From Verrucomicrobiales bacterium (GTDB taxonomy: Bacteria; Verrucomicrobiota; Verrucomicrobiia; Limisphaerales; UBA9464): a DNA stretch of 64,000 nucleotides. This document shows, one piece after another, positions 1 to 9,922 of this stretch. Position numbers and translations under genes: made by a program. The notes under the pieces are model-generated. The model was not told the DNA's origin. It searched no databases and saw only the letters and a program-made list of their open reading frames with translations. The stretch is taken from NCBI GenBank assembly GCA_016793645.1, contig JAEUHD010000086.1, positions 31,397 through 95,396 of the forward strand, read 5' to 3'. Within the stretch, counting starts at the first letter, position 1; the number at the start of each line of letters is the position of its first letter.

Positions 1-1383
1 GACCAAAAGGGGTATTGGGCGACCAAGGTGGCCACCAACATCGCGGTGGTCACCCCCGTTTTCGGCGAGCAAATCCAGCGACTCATCGTTGGAGGCCCCG
101 GATATGGCAACCTGACCCTGACCCGGTTTTTTGCGCTGCACGCCGGGTTCCTTCCTGCCGGCATCGTCCTGCTCCTCGTGGGGCACATCGCGCTCTTCCG
201 GCGCCACGGGATCACATCCAGGACGCCCCATCGCAAGCCGGACGCTCCGTTCTGGCCGGATCAGGTGTTGATGGATGCGGTCGCCTCCCTGGCCGTGCTC
301 GCCACCGTGGTGTTTCTGACGCTGGCGTTTCACGGCGCGGAGCTTGGGGCGCCCGCCGACCCCAGCGAGCCCTATCCCGCGGCGCGACCGGAGTGGTACT
401 TCCTGTTCCTGTTCCAATTCCTGAAGTACTTCCCCGGCCACACGGAAGTCTGGGGAGCCATCGTCCTGCCCACCCTCGGCATTCTGATTCTGGCCGCCAT
501 GCCCCTCATCGGGCGATGGCGCCTTGGGCATTTTTTCAACCTGGCGTTCCTGGGTGCGCTGGGCATTGGCGCGGCGCTGCTCACGTGGCAGGCGCGCCAT
601 CAGGATCAAATGGATCCCACCTACCTCGCGGCCCGGGCCCAGGCGGAACGGGATGCGCACCGGGCCGCCGAACTGGCCCAGGCGGGAGGCGGGATTCCGG
701 CCGCCGGTGCCGTCACCCTGCTTCGGGAGGATCCGCTCACCCAGGGCCCACGCCTCTTTTCCAAAAACTGCGCGAGCTGCCACCGGTACGGCGGCCACGA
801 CGGATTGGGAAATCCCGTGGCGGAAGCTCCCAGCGCTCCCGACCTGAAGGATTTCGGCTCGCGGGCCTGGCTCGCGGGCCTGCTGGATCCCGCCCGGGTC
901 GATGGTCCCGGTTATTACGGGGGCACCCGGTTTGCGGAGGGGAAGATGGTGAAGTTCGTGAAGCAGAAGGTGGCCCGTTACACACCCGAACAACGCGCCA
1001 ACCTTTGGAAGGTGATCCAAGCCGTCAGCGCCGAAGCCGCATTTCCCGCCCAGGCCGCCGCGGACCAGCAGGCGGCAAAGGACATTGAGGAGGGCCGGAT
1101 CCTCGCCCGCACGGAGTTCAATTGCACCGACTGCCACGCCTTCAGAAAGCCGGACGAAGACGCCACCGGGCCCGACCTGACCGGATGGGGGTCCCGCGAC
1201 TGGATCATCGGGATCATCTCGGATCCCACCCATGCCCGCTTTTACGGAAAGAAGAACGACCGCATGCCCTCGTTCCAGACCAGCGGCCAACTGGACCTTC
1301 ACGCCATTTCCATGCTCGCCGACTGGCTGCGGGGCGATTGGTACGGAGCCACCCACAGCGCCGTGCTCGTCACTGCCCCTTGA
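1..1383 (+). CDS. cytochrome b (C-terminal part) fused to a di-haem cytochrome c domain; 5' end lies outside the window
   Basis: The frame is open from nt 1 (DQKGYWATKVATNIAV...), so the track's start at 28 is only an internal GTG. Cytochrome b / subunit IV signatures TLTRFFALHAGFLP and PEWYFLFLFQFLKYF are followed by several hydrophobic helices. The soluble tail carries two CxxCH motifs (CASCH, CTDCH). Confidence 0.85.
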   Translation, partial: DQKGYWATKVATNIAVVTPVFGEQIQRLIVGGPGYGNLTLTRFFALHAGFLPAGIVLLLVGHIALFRRHGITSRTPHRKPDAPFWPDQVLMDAVASLAVLATVVFLTLAFHGAELGAPADPSEPYPAARPEWYFLFLFQFLKYFPGHTEVWGAIVLPTLGILILAAMPLIGRWRLGHFFNLAFLGALGIGAALLTWQARHQDQMDPTYLAARAQAERDAHRAAELAQAGGGIPAAGAVTLLREDPLTQGPRLFSKNCASCHRYGGHDGLGNPVAEAPSAPDLKDFGSRAWLAGLLDPARVDGPGYYGGTRFAEGKMVKFVKQKVARYTPEQRANLWKVIQAVSAEAAFPAQAAADQQAAKDIEEGRILARTEFNCTDCHAFRKPDEDATGPDLTGWGSRDWIIGIISDPTHARFYGKKNDRMPSFQTSGQLDLHAISMLADWLRGDWYGATHSAVLVTAP

Positions 1384-1527
1384 ATCCGCGGACATCGGTT
1401 CACGGCGAATTCGGCGCCTCCCGTGACCGCAGACAACCCCGTCCACGATGCGTCAACGACAATCCTGCACGGAGCGCCGAAATGTGACTCGCCTGCCGCG
1501 ACACCGCCGATAGCCTGAAGCGGAGTT

Positions 1528-3672
1528 ATGCGGAAACGGGGAACCAAGGATGTCCGGGAATCCGAGCGCCGGTATTTCAACCGGGAGCTCAGCTGGCTTG
1601 AATTCAACCGGCGCGTCCTGGATGAAGCCTTCGACACCACAAACCCGCTGCTCGAGCGGGTGAAGTTCTTCTGCATCTTCAACTCCAATCTCGACGAGTT
1701 CTTTGAAGTCCGCGTCGCCGGACTCATGGAGGCGGGCCAGGAAGGGGTTCGCGAGCGCTCCGTGGATGGCTTGGATGCATCCCAAACGCTCGAGGCCATT
1801 CGCGAGCGGGTTCGCGCCCTCGTCGACGAGGCCTATCGCTGCTGGCGTGAAATCCTGGTGCCCGAACTCTCGCAGCACGGCATTGACTTCCTCAGTCCCG
1901 AACGTTTGCCGGCCGAAACGAGCGGGTGGCTCGCCCAGTACTATCGCGAAAAGGTGTCCCCGGTCCTGACCCCCCTCGCCCTCGATCCTGCCCATCCCTT
2001 TCCCCAGCTCCTCAACAAATCCCTGAACCTGATTGTCCGGTTGCACGGGCAGTTCCGGGGCCAATTGCGACGATCACTCGCCGTGGTCCAGGTTCCCCGG
2101 GGCCTGCCCCGGCTCGTGCCCCTGCCCTCGGCCGACGGACGCCGGACCTACGTATTCCTCCACCAATTGATCAGCCATCACCTCGGCGATCTGTTTCCCG
2201 GCATGACGCTGGAGGGGTGCTGGAGTTTTAGGGTCACGAGGAACAGCGAACTCTACATCGACGAGGAGGAGGTTCCCAACCTCCTGCGCGCGGTCGAACA
2301 TGAACTGGACAACCGGAAGCGGGGTTCCGCCGTGCGTCTTGAGGTGTCCGCCGATTGTCCCGCCGATGTCACCTCGGACCTGCTGGAGAACATCGGGCTC
2401 ACCGGCAACGAATTGTACGTCATCGACGGCCCCGTGAATCCCACGCGCCTCATGGCCATTGTTGAGGGGGACCATTCGCCGGAACTGCGCGACCCGCCGT
2501 TCCACGCCCCGGTCTCCCCATTGCTCCGGGGTCGCGAGGACCTGTTTTCCGCGATTCGGGAGCGGGACATTCTTCTGCACCACCCCTACGACAACTTCGG
2601 TTCCGTGGTCCAGTTTCTGGAGCAGGCGGCCGAGGATCCGAAGGTGCTGGCGATCAAACAAACCCTGTACCGCACCGGCGGAGACCCGCGGATCGTGGGT
2701 GCCCTGATGAACGCGGTGAAGAACGGCAAGCAGGTGACCGCGGTGGTCGAATTGAAGGCCCGCTTCGATGAGGCCAACAACATCCGATGGTCCCGGGCAT
2801 TGGAGGAGGCCGGGGTTCACGTCATCTACGGCGTGGTCGGATACAAGATCCATTGCAAGGTCGCCCTTGTCGTCCGGGCGGACGACGACGGCATCCGGCG
2901 CTACGTCCACCTGGGGACCGGAAACTACAACCCCAGCACGGCACGACTCTACACGGACGTCGGATTGCTCACCTGCAGCCCCGCCTTCGGAGAGGACGCC
3001 ACCAACCTGTTCAACCTGCTTACCGGGATCTGCCGGCCTCAGGAAACCCAGCGGCTGCTGATCGCCCCGTTCGGAATGCTGCACCGGATCATCGCCCTGA
3101 TCGACCGTGAGACGGACAATGCGCGCCGCGGCCTGCCGGCAAGGATTGTTGCCAAGATGAACGCCCTCGTGGAGGCGCCGATCATCGAAGCCCTGTACCG
3201 CGCCTCCGCGGCGGGCGTGGAGATCGACCTAATCGTGCGCGGAGTGTGCTGCCTCCGTCCCGGAGTCCCGGGATTGAGCGCCCACATCCGCGTCCGAAGC
3301 ATCGTGGACCGGTTCCTGGAGCACGCCCGGATCTGGTCCTTTGACAACGCGCATCGTCCCGAGGTCTTCGTGGGAAGCGCGGACTGGATGCCGCGCAATC
3401 TGCATCGGCGCATTGAGGTGGTCTTTCCCATTGAGGACGGCCGGCTCCGGGAACACCTCACCTCGGAGATCCTTGCCACCGAACTGGCCGACAACACCAA
3501 GGCCCGATTGTTGATGCGGGACGGCTCCTATCGGAAATCGGAACCCTCCCAAGGATCACCCCGCCGTCGCGCCCAGGCCGAATTCATCGAACGCGCGATC
3601 CGATCCAAGCGGTTCACACCCTCCGGACGCCCTCCCTCCCCGGAAAAACTTCGGGTTCGCCGCCGACCGTAG
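1528..3672 (+). CDS. ppk: polyphosphate kinase 1
   Basis: 714 aa. The N-terminal RYFNRELSWLEFNRRVLDEA signature is present, and PPK1-like length and conservation run throughout (LYRTGGDPRIVGALMNAVKNGKQVTAVVELKARFDE, HLGTGNYN). Confidence 0.93.
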   Translation: MRKRGTKDVRESERRYFNRELSWLEFNRRVLDEAFDTTNPLLERVKFFCIFNSNLDEFFEVRVAGLMEAGQEGVRERSVDGLDASQTLEAIRERVRALVDEAYRCWREILVPELSQHGIDFLSPERLPAETSGWLAQYYREKVSPVLTPLALDPAHPFPQLLNKSLNLIVRLHGQFRGQLRRSLAVVQVPRGLPRLVPLPSADGRRTYVFLHQLISHHLGDLFPGMTLEGCWSFRVTRNSELYIDEEEVPNLLRAVEHELDNRKRGSAVRLEVSADCPADVTSDLLENIGLTGNELYVIDGPVNPTRLMAIVEGDHSPELRDPPFHAPVSPLLRGREDLFSAIRERDILLHHPYDNFGSVVQFLEQAAEDPKVLAIKQTLYRTGGDPRIVGALMNAVKNGKQVTAVVELKARFDEANNIRWSRALEEAGVHVIYGVVGYKIHCKVALVVRADDDGIRRYVHLGTGNYNPSTARLYTDVGLLTCSPAFGEDATNLFNLLTGICRPQETQRLLIAPFGMLHRIIALIDRETDNARRGLPARIVAKMNALVEAPIIEALYRASAAGVEIDLIVRGVCCLRPGVPGLSAHIRVRSIVDRFLEHARIWSFDNAHRPEVFVGSADWMPRNLHRRIEVVFPIEDGRLREHLTSEILATELADNTKARLLMRDGSYRKSEPSQGSPRRRAQAEFIERAIRSKRFTPSGRPPSPEKLRVRRRP

Positions 3673-3683
3673 CGAAGGTCCGG

Positions 3684-5183
3684 TCAGCGGGCCAGGAGGG
3701 TCACGGCCGCCACAATGACCCCGAACCCGATGAGGTCCAGCAGGGCCCCATGCCGGATCATTTGAAGGATCGGCACACACCCCGACCCGTAGACGATCGC
3801 GTTGGGCCCCGTGGACACCGGCAGCAGGAATCCCATCGACGATCCCATGCAGGCGCCCAGCGCCGGTTGGAGCGGATCCAATCCGGCCGCCTGCGCGACC
3901 GCGATGGCCACCGGCACCACCATCGTCGCCGACGCCGTATTGGAGGTGGCTTCACTGGTCAGGATGGCGACTCCGGTGAACAGCACCGTCATCCCGAACA
4001 CCGTCTTCGCGTGAAACACTCCGGCCAGGCCGTCGCCAATCCATCGCGCCAATCCCGTTGAAAACATCTGCTCCCCCAGGGCCATCCCGCCGGCAAACAG
4101 GAAGATGGTTCCCCAGTCGATCTTCACCGCGTCGGACCAGGTCAATGTGAATTCGCCCCGCCACCAACTCAGCGGCCAGGCGAACAGGGCCACGGCCGCT
4201 GTCAGGGCGACCACGCTCTCCGGCATCCTCGCATTCATCCATCGCACGGATGGGGCGTCAGGCCCCTGGAGCAACGTCAGGACTCCCGGAAGAAGCCAAA
4301 GGACCACGGCGGACGTGAATACGACGAGCACGTTGCGCTGGGCCGGCGTCCATGCCCCCAGACGTCTCCCCTCCGCCTCAAGCCAGGCACCGCCACCGCG
4401 CAGGGATTCGGGAGCCACGGGGCATCGAACGTAGAAGTTGATCACCAACAGGAACCCCAGCAGCAACGCGACGGGCAGTCCCATTCGCATCCAATCGAAA
4501 AAGGACACTTTCACCCCGAGCATCTTCTCGATCATTCCGATGCCAATCAGGTTCGGTGGCGTCCCCACGGGAGTCGCCATTCCGCCCACGGAGGCACCAA
4601 AGGCCGTCAGCAGCATGATCCCGGTGGCCATGGGAAGCCGGGTAAACGGAATCGGGATTCCCAGCCGGGCCGATTCCCGGCGGGCAACCTCGGTCGAGAT
4701 GGCAATTCCGATCGGCAGCATCATGGCCGTGGTGGCGGCATTGGAGACCCACATGGAAAGGCAGGTCGTAATCGCGCCAAATGCCGCATACAGGCGGAAG
4801 GGGTGATCCCCCACGGCGGGAAGCCCCAGAATGAGGAAGGCCAGGCGCCGATTGAGGCCATGCTTCATCATGGCCTCGACCAGGATGAAGCTCCCAAGAA
4901 AAAGGAAGATGATCGGATCGGAAAACGTCCGGAACACCTCCCGGGCCGGGCCGATTCCCGCCATGACACACAGGGTGGGACCGAGCAGCGCCGTGACCGC
5001 CATGGGAAGGGCTTCGGTGACCCAAAGCACCACGGCCATGCCCAGGATTGCCAGCAGATGGGACGCCGACGCCGACAGACCTCGAATCGGAATGAACCAG
5101 AGCGTGACCAGGACCGCCGGGGCAAGAAACAGGCCGACCCGGCGACGCCAGCGTTCGAACGCCTCCTCGGCCTCCGACAGCAT
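3684..5183 (-). CDS. DASS/SLC13-family anion:sodium symporter (citrate/sulfate-transporter-like)
   Basis: Polytopic membrane protein with many TM helices and repeated SNTA/SNAATT hairpin-type motifs (TSEATSNTASATM, WVSNAATTAMMLPI). I placed the start at MLSEAEEAF (5183). The longer ORF start (5423) would overlap the divergent FKBP gene and adds an Arg-rich non-membrane leader. Confidence 0.75.
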   Translation of the reverse strand: MLSEAEEAFERWRRRVGLFLAPAVLVTLWFIPIRGLSASASHLLAILGMAVVLWVTEALPMAVTALLGPTLCVMAGIGPAREVFRTFSDPIIFLFLGSFILVEAMMKHGLNRRLAFLILGLPAVGDHPFRLYAAFGAITTCLSMWVSNAATTAMMLPIGIAISTEVARRESARLGIPIPFTRLPMATGIMLLTAFGASVGGMATPVGTPPNLIGIGMIEKMLGVKVSFFDWMRMGLPVALLLGFLLVINFYVRCPVAPESLRGGGAWLEAEGRRLGAWTPAQRNVLVVFTSAVVLWLLPGVLTLLQGPDAPSVRWMNARMPESVVALTAAVALFAWPLSWWRGEFTLTWSDAVKIDWGTIFLFAGGMALGEQMFSTGLARWIGDGLAGVFHAKTVFGMTVLFTGVAILTSEATSNTASATMVVPVAIAVAQAAGLDPLQPALGACMGSSMGFLLPVSTGPNAIVYGSGCVPILQMIRHGALLDLIGFGVIVAAVTLLAR

Positions 5184-5407
5184 GGCCTGTGGCTCGGCAA
5201 TTCCCGTGGACACCCGCGAAGTGAAGCGGAATTCCCGAGTCAGTGTCACGGCATATGGAGGTGCCCCCCTCTCCATCCGACCCAACCGCTGGCGCAGGCC
5301 ATGGTCGGCGCCGCTTTCGCCCTCTGGACTTTTGGGAATGTTGCTGCTAAGCACCCCCTCCTGCCGGTGCCGCCGTTCAAGCCGCCGGCCGTATTGACAC
5401 GAATACC

Positions 5408-6352
5408 ATGAAATCACTCTCAACCGCGTTCCTCCTCGCCGGAGCCGTCACCAGCGCGGTGCTGGCCCAGGCGCCCAAAACCAACGCCGTGGTCCGTCCC
5501 GGCGGCCCCGCCCCCGTCGACATCTCGGCGCTGGACGCCAAATTCAAGAACCCCGGGGAAAAGAACAGCTATGCCATTGGCGTCATGATCGCCAATGACA
5601 TGCAGCGGAATCTGAAGCGGGGCGGCTACGAGATGGATCCGGCGGTCGTTGCCAAGGCCTTCTCCGATGCATTCACGGGCGGAACTCCGGTCCTGACCAC
5701 GGCGGAAGCGGAGGCCGTGGTGCGGGCCTACAGTGCGGACCTGCGGGCCAAGGCCGAGGAAAAACGGAAGGCGGAGGCGGAAAAGAACAAGTCGGAAGGG
5801 GAGAAGTTCCTCGCCGAGAACAGAAACAAGGATGGAGTCATCACCCTCCCCAGCGGTCTTCAGTACAAGATCGTCACCAAGGGTACGGGTCCCAAGCCGA
5901 CCACCAACGATACGGTCGTGACCCATTATAAGGGAACCCTTCTGGACGGCACCGAGTTCGACAGTTCCATCGCCAAGGGAACCCCTGCCACCTTCCCTGT
6001 GAAGGGCGTCATCAAGGGCTGGACCGAAGCGCTCCAACTCATGCCGGTCGGATCGAAATGGCAGTTGTTCATCCCTTCGGACCTTGCGTACGGCACCACC
6101 GGATCGCCCCCGAAGATCGGACCCAACGCGACGTTGAACTTCGAAATTGAACTGCTCGACATCAAGCCCGCGGCTCAGGCCCCGGCCTCCCCCGCGTCGG
6201 GAGCAGCGTCGGCCGTCACGAGCGACATCATCAAGGTCCCCAGCAAGGCCGAGCTTGAAAAGGGTGCCAAGATCGAGGTCATCAAGAAGGAGGACATCGA
6301 TAAGCTTCAGAAGGATGCCCCGAAGCCGGCGACCCAGGCCCCTCCGAAATAA
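5408..6352 (+). CDS. FKBP-type peptidyl-prolyl cis-trans isomerase (FkpA/Mip-like, exported)
   Basis: Signal peptide MKSLSTAFLLAGAVTSAVLAQA, a helical FKBP_N-like part, then the FKBP core VVTHYKGTLLDGTEFDSS...LFIPSDLAYG. Confidence 0.9.
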   Translation: MKSLSTAFLLAGAVTSAVLAQAPKTNAVVRPGGPAPVDISALDAKFKNPGEKNSYAIGVMIANDMQRNLKRGGYEMDPAVVAKAFSDAFTGGTPVLTTAEAEAVVRAYSADLRAKAEEKRKAEAEKNKSEGEKFLAENRNKDGVITLPSGLQYKIVTKGTGPKPTTNDTVVTHYKGTLLDGTEFDSSIAKGTPATFPVKGVIKGWTEALQLMPVGSKWQLFIPSDLAYGTTGSPPKIGPNATLNFEIELLDIKPAAQAPASPASGAASAVTSDIIKVPSKAELEKGAKIEVIKKEDIDKLQKDAPKPATQAPPK

Positions 6353-6380
6353 TCGCGGAGCCCAAGCCCTCGCCCAGGAC

Positions 6381-6410
6381 GGCCCCGGAGCAATTCGGGG
6401 CCGTTTTTTT
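6381..6410 (+). terminator. rho-independent terminator after the FKBP gene
   Basis: GGCCCCG (6381-6387) pairs perfectly with CGGGGCC (6396-6402) across an 8-nt loop. A G and a T7 run (6404-6410) follow. The hairpin starts 29 nt after the TAA stop. Confidence 0.85.
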
Positions 6411-6446
6411 ATCCCGGACATCATCCCCCTTCCCGCCCCCTGGCCA

Positions 6447-7187
6447 ATGCACGCCCACGCCATCGACACCTACCTGCTCCGGATCCGGGAACAAATGGAC
6501 CGGATTGCCACCCGCCAACGCCCCGCCATAGAGACGGCGGGCACCTGGATGGCCGACGCACTGACCGCGGGTCGGTTCGTTTTCGTATTTGGCACCGGAC
6601 ATTCCCATCTGCTTGCCGAGGAACCCTTCTATCGCGCCGGCGGGCTTGTCGGTGTCGTCCCGATCCTGGACGACGATCTCATGCTGCACCGCAGCGCAAG
6701 TCGATCCACCGAATTGGAACGGGAATCCGGACGCGCGGGCCCGCTCCTGACCCGCTACGGGGTGTCCCGGGGCGACGTCCTGCTGGTCGCCTCCAATGGC
6801 GGCCGAAACGCCGTGCCCATTGAAATGGCTTTGGAAGCCCGGCAGCGGGGCGCGCGCGCCATTGCGCTGACCAACCTGGTCCAGACCCGCGCCTGGCCGT
6901 CCCGTCATTCGTCCGGAAAACACCTCGCCGATGTCGCCGACCTGGTGGTCGACAATGAGGGTGTGGACGGGGACGCCGCGGTCGAAATTCCGGGAATTCC
7001 CACCCGCGTCGGACCGACCTCCACGGTGACGGGCGCCCTCATCGTGAATCTGATGGCCCTGCACTGCATCGAAGTCATCCGGTCCCGGGGCGGCGCGCCC
7101 GATGTGTTTGTCAGCAGCAATGCCGGGGGCGAATCCCACAATGCCTCCCGCATCGCCGCCATGCGCCTGATCAACCCGCATCTCTGA
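6447..7187 (+). CDS. SIS (sugar-isomerase/phosphosugar-binding) domain protein, UPF0309-like
   Basis: 246 aa from MHAHAIDTYL. FVFGTGHSHLLAEE and LLVASNGGRNAVPIE resemble the SIS nucleotide-fold pattern. The upstream 100 codons of the track ORF overlap the FKBP gene and its terminator and are Arg/Pro/Ser junk. Confidence 0.7.
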   Translation: MHAHAIDTYLLRIREQMDRIATRQRPAIETAGTWMADALTAGRFVFVFGTGHSHLLAEEPFYRAGGLVGVVPILDDDLMLHRSASRSTELERESGRAGPLLTRYGVSRGDVLLVASNGGRNAVPIEMALEARQRGARAIALTNLVQTRAWPSRHSSGKHLADVADLVVDNEGVDGDAAVEIPGIPTRVGPTSTVTGALIVNLMALHCIEVIRSRGGAPDVFVSSNAGGESHNASRIAAMRLINPHL

Positions 7188-7265
7188 AACGATTGCGGGT
7201 CGGAACGATCGAAGTCTCGCCAGCGATGAATTTCCGCGCCTCAATGCCGTCGGCGCCATTTCGAT

Positions 7266-8627
7266 ATGCCGAGTATTGCCGGGTCCGATTCAGCAGGGTC
7301 CCTCCGCTCCGAGGGAGACGTCAACGCAACCCCCCGTCGAACGGAGTGGACTGATTCCGCACTCGGACCGGAGACGCGGGCCCGACTGGCCGAGGACGCC
7401 ACCCATTTCCTCCACCAATCCCTGTCGACCCCCTGCCTGAACGTTCTCAGGAAGGCCGAAGGGGCCTCGATTGAGGATCTGGAGGGGCGCCGCTACCTCG
7501 ATTTCCACGGAAACAATGTTCATCAGGTTGGATTCGGACATCCCCGGGTGATCGAGGCGATCAAGCGACAACTCGACGACCTGAGCTTCTGCACCCGCAG
7601 GTACACCTGCGAACCGGCCATTGAACTGGCCCGCCGCCTCGGCGAAGTCGCCCCCGGCGACCTGCGCCGCGTCCTCTTCGCCCCCGGAGGCACGAGCGCC
7701 ATCGGCATGGCCCTCAAACTGGCGCGGGTGGCCACCGGGCGCTTCAAGTTCGTCTCAATGTGGGACTCCTTCCACGGAGCGTCCCTGGACGCGATTTCGA
7801 TCGGAGGCGAGGCCGTGTTCCGCAAGGGCATCGGCCCGCTGCTTCCCGGATGCGAGCACGTGCCGCCCCCCGAGCCGCACGGATGTCCCTTCCGGTGCGG
7901 AACGACCTGCTCCCTTGCCTGCGCGGACTACGTGGAATACGTCCTCGAGAAGGAGGGTGATGTGGCGGCGGTCATCGGGGAAACGGTGCGATGCACCCCG
8001 TTCATCCCCCCGCCCGACTACTGGCGCCGGATCCGCGCCGCCTGTGACCGTCACGGGACGCTCCTGATCCTGGACGAGATCCCGATTGGACTCGGTCGCA
8101 CCGGGGCCATGTTTGCCTGCGAACACTACGGGGTCGTTCCCGACATGCTCGTGCTCGGCAAGGGACTCGGAGGCGGCATCTTCCCGCTGGCCGCGCTCCT
8201 CGCGAGGGAATCGCTCAACGTCGCCACGCACACGGCGCTGGGCCATTACACGCATGAGAAGAATCCCGTCGCCTGCGCCGCGGGTCTCGCCACGTTGGAC
8301 GTGATCCGTGACGAGCACTTGGTCGAAAATGCGGCACGGCTTGGAGAGGTGGCCCTCGCGCGGATGCGGGACATGAAATCGCGGCATCCGCTGATCGGGG
8401 ACATCCGCGGAAAGGGCTTGTTGATGGGCATCGCTTTGAACCATCCGGACGGCAGCCCGGCGATCGACGAAGCCGAACGGGTCATGTACGCCGCCCTGTC
8501 GCGGGGCCTCAACTTCAAGGTGACCATGGGCAACATCCTCACGTTGACCCCGGCCCTGATCCTGACGGAGGAGGAACTCCTGCGGGCGCTGAACATCCTC
8601 GAACAATCCATCGCCGAACTCGAATGA
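7266..8627 (+). CDS. class-III (ornithine/GABA-type) PLP-dependent aminotransferase-fold enzyme
   Basis: 453 aa. YLDFHGNNVHQVGFGHPRV, FAPGGTSAIGMALKLAR, LILDEIPIGLGRTGAMFA and MLVLGKGLGGG (Schiff-base Lys context) are typical of the fold. Substrate is not assignable. Confidence 0.85.
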   Translation: MPSIAGSDSAGSLRSEGDVNATPRRTEWTDSALGPETRARLAEDATHFLHQSLSTPCLNVLRKAEGASIEDLEGRRYLDFHGNNVHQVGFGHPRVIEAIKRQLDDLSFCTRRYTCEPAIELARRLGEVAPGDLRRVLFAPGGTSAIGMALKLARVATGRFKFVSMWDSFHGASLDAISIGGEAVFRKGIGPLLPGCEHVPPPEPHGCPFRCGTTCSLACADYVEYVLEKEGDVAAVIGETVRCTPFIPPPDYWRRIRAACDRHGTLLILDEIPIGLGRTGAMFACEHYGVVPDMLVLGKGLGGGIFPLAALLARESLNVATHTALGHYTHEKNPVACAAGLATLDVIRDEHLVENAARLGEVALARMRDMKSRHPLIGDIRGKGLLMGIALNHPDGSPAIDEAERVMYAALSRGLNFKVTMGNILTLTPALILTEEELLRALNILEQSIAELE

Positions 8628-9922
8628 CCACGTCCCCAAGCGAATTTGGTTTTCGGAACCGCGCCCTCGCCGTTTTCCCGGCCGGATCCAACGGGGAGTT
8701 CGGGTTCCCGGCGGAACTGGTGCCGGTCCTGGAGCGGGGCCTCGGTTCCCGGGTCTGGGATACGGAGGGCCGCGAGTATCTGGACTTCACCATGGCCTGG
8801 GGATCCGCCCTGGTGGGACACGCCCACCCGAAGGTGGTCGAGGCCGCGAGCCGCCAGGCGAAGGACGGGATGAACTTCGCTGCCGTCAACCGGCGCTCGG
8901 TGGAGCTGGCGGAACGCCTGCAGGGAATCTCGCCGTTTCTCGAGAATCTCCGCTTCGTCGCCTCCGGCACCGAGGCGACGATGATGTGTCTTCGCGTTGC
9001 GCGCGCGGCGACCGGAAAGTCCAAGGTCCTCAAGTTCGAGGGCGCTTACCACGGACAACATCCGGAAGGCATCACCAGCATGATCCATGGCCGGCCTTCA
9101 GCCCTGCCCAAGTCGGATCCTTCGGGTGCAGGCGCGCCCTGGGTGGAACGTGACGTCCTGGTGGCTCCCTTCAACGACCTCGCCACCACGGCCTCCACCC
9201 TTCGCGATCATGCCGGCGACCTGGCCGGAGTGATCGTCGAACCCCTCCATCGCTGCATCGCGCCCGACCCAGAATTCCTCCGGGGTCTCCGGGAACTCAC
9301 CCGCACGCTGGGCATCCCGCTGATCTTTGACGAGGTGGTCACCGGATTCCGCCTCGCGCTCGGCGGTGCCCGGGAATACTACGGAGTTGCCCCCGACCTG
9401 GTGGCCTATGGCAAGGCGCTCGGGGGCGGATTCCCCCTCGGGATGTACGGCGGCAATGCCGCCCTGATGGAAGTGGTGGACGAACACCGCCTGCCCGGCC
9501 CGCGCTACGCATGGTCCGCCTCCACCACCGGCGGCAATCCCGTGTCCTGCGCCGCATCCCTGGCAGCCCTGGATGTGTTTTCCGAACCCGGGTTCCACCC
9601 ACGGATGCATGAGCTGGGTCGTCTGCTTCGGCGCGGACTCGCCGAGGCGCTCGCGGATTCCGGCACCCCGGGACAGGTGCTCGGCGACGGTCCGCTCGGA
9701 CAGGTGGCCTTTTCCGAAAAGCCCGTGGTCGACCAGGCCTCCTGGCTGGCGAGCGACCGGAAGCGCTCCCGCGCCCTGATGCTGGAACTGGTCCGCCAGG
9801 GGGTTTTCCTCAATCCCATGGGGACAAAATTGTACCTCTCGGCCGCGCACACTCCCGAGGACATCGGGGAATTCTGCCGACGCTTCCGGAGTGCCCTTGA
9901 CGTGACGTCCGCCACCTCATGA
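8624..9922 (+). CDS. class-III aminotransferase-fold enzyme, glutamate-1-semialdehyde aminomutase (HemL)-like
   Basis: 432 aa with an ATGA overlap onto the previous gene. FVASGTEATMMCLRVARAATG, IFDEVVTGFRLALGGA and LVAYGKALGGGFPLG match the HemL-family pattern. Confidence 0.85.
   Translation: MTTSPSEFGFRNRALAVFPAGSNGEFGFPAELVPVLERGLGSRVWDTEGREYLDFTMAWGSALVGHAHPKVVEAASRQAKDGMNFAAVNRRSVELAERLQGISPFLENLRFVASGTEATMMCLRVARAATGKSKVLKFEGAYHGQHPEGITSMIHGRPSALPKSDPSGAGAPWVERDVLVAPFNDLATTASTLRDHAGDLAGVIVEPLHRCIAPDPEFLRGLRELTRTLGIPLIFDEVVTGFRLALGGAREYYGVAPDLVAYGKALGGGFPLGMYGGNAALMEVVDEHRLPGPRYAWSASTTGGNPVSCAASLAALDVFSEPGFHPRMHELGRLLRRGLAEALADSGTPGQVLGDGPLGQVAFSEKPVVDQASWLASDRKRSRALMLELVRQGVFLNPMGTKLYLSAAHTPEDIGEFCRRFRSALDVTSATS

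Noticed and set aside
5390-5405. GTATTGACACGAATAC inverted repeat containing a perfect TTGACA hexamer just before the FKBP start codon
   Set aside because: The TTGACA is only ~10 nt from the ATG at 5408, so it cannot serve as a -35 element for this gene, whose start is well supported by the signal peptide. A 5-nt-arm repeat could be chance. I kept it only as a note.
6147-6446. 100-codon N-terminal extension of the SIS-protein ORF
   Set aside because: It overlaps the FKBP gene's 3' end and reads through the intrinsic terminator, and its sequence is Arg/Ser/Pro junk. The SIS domain starts at the ATG at 6447.
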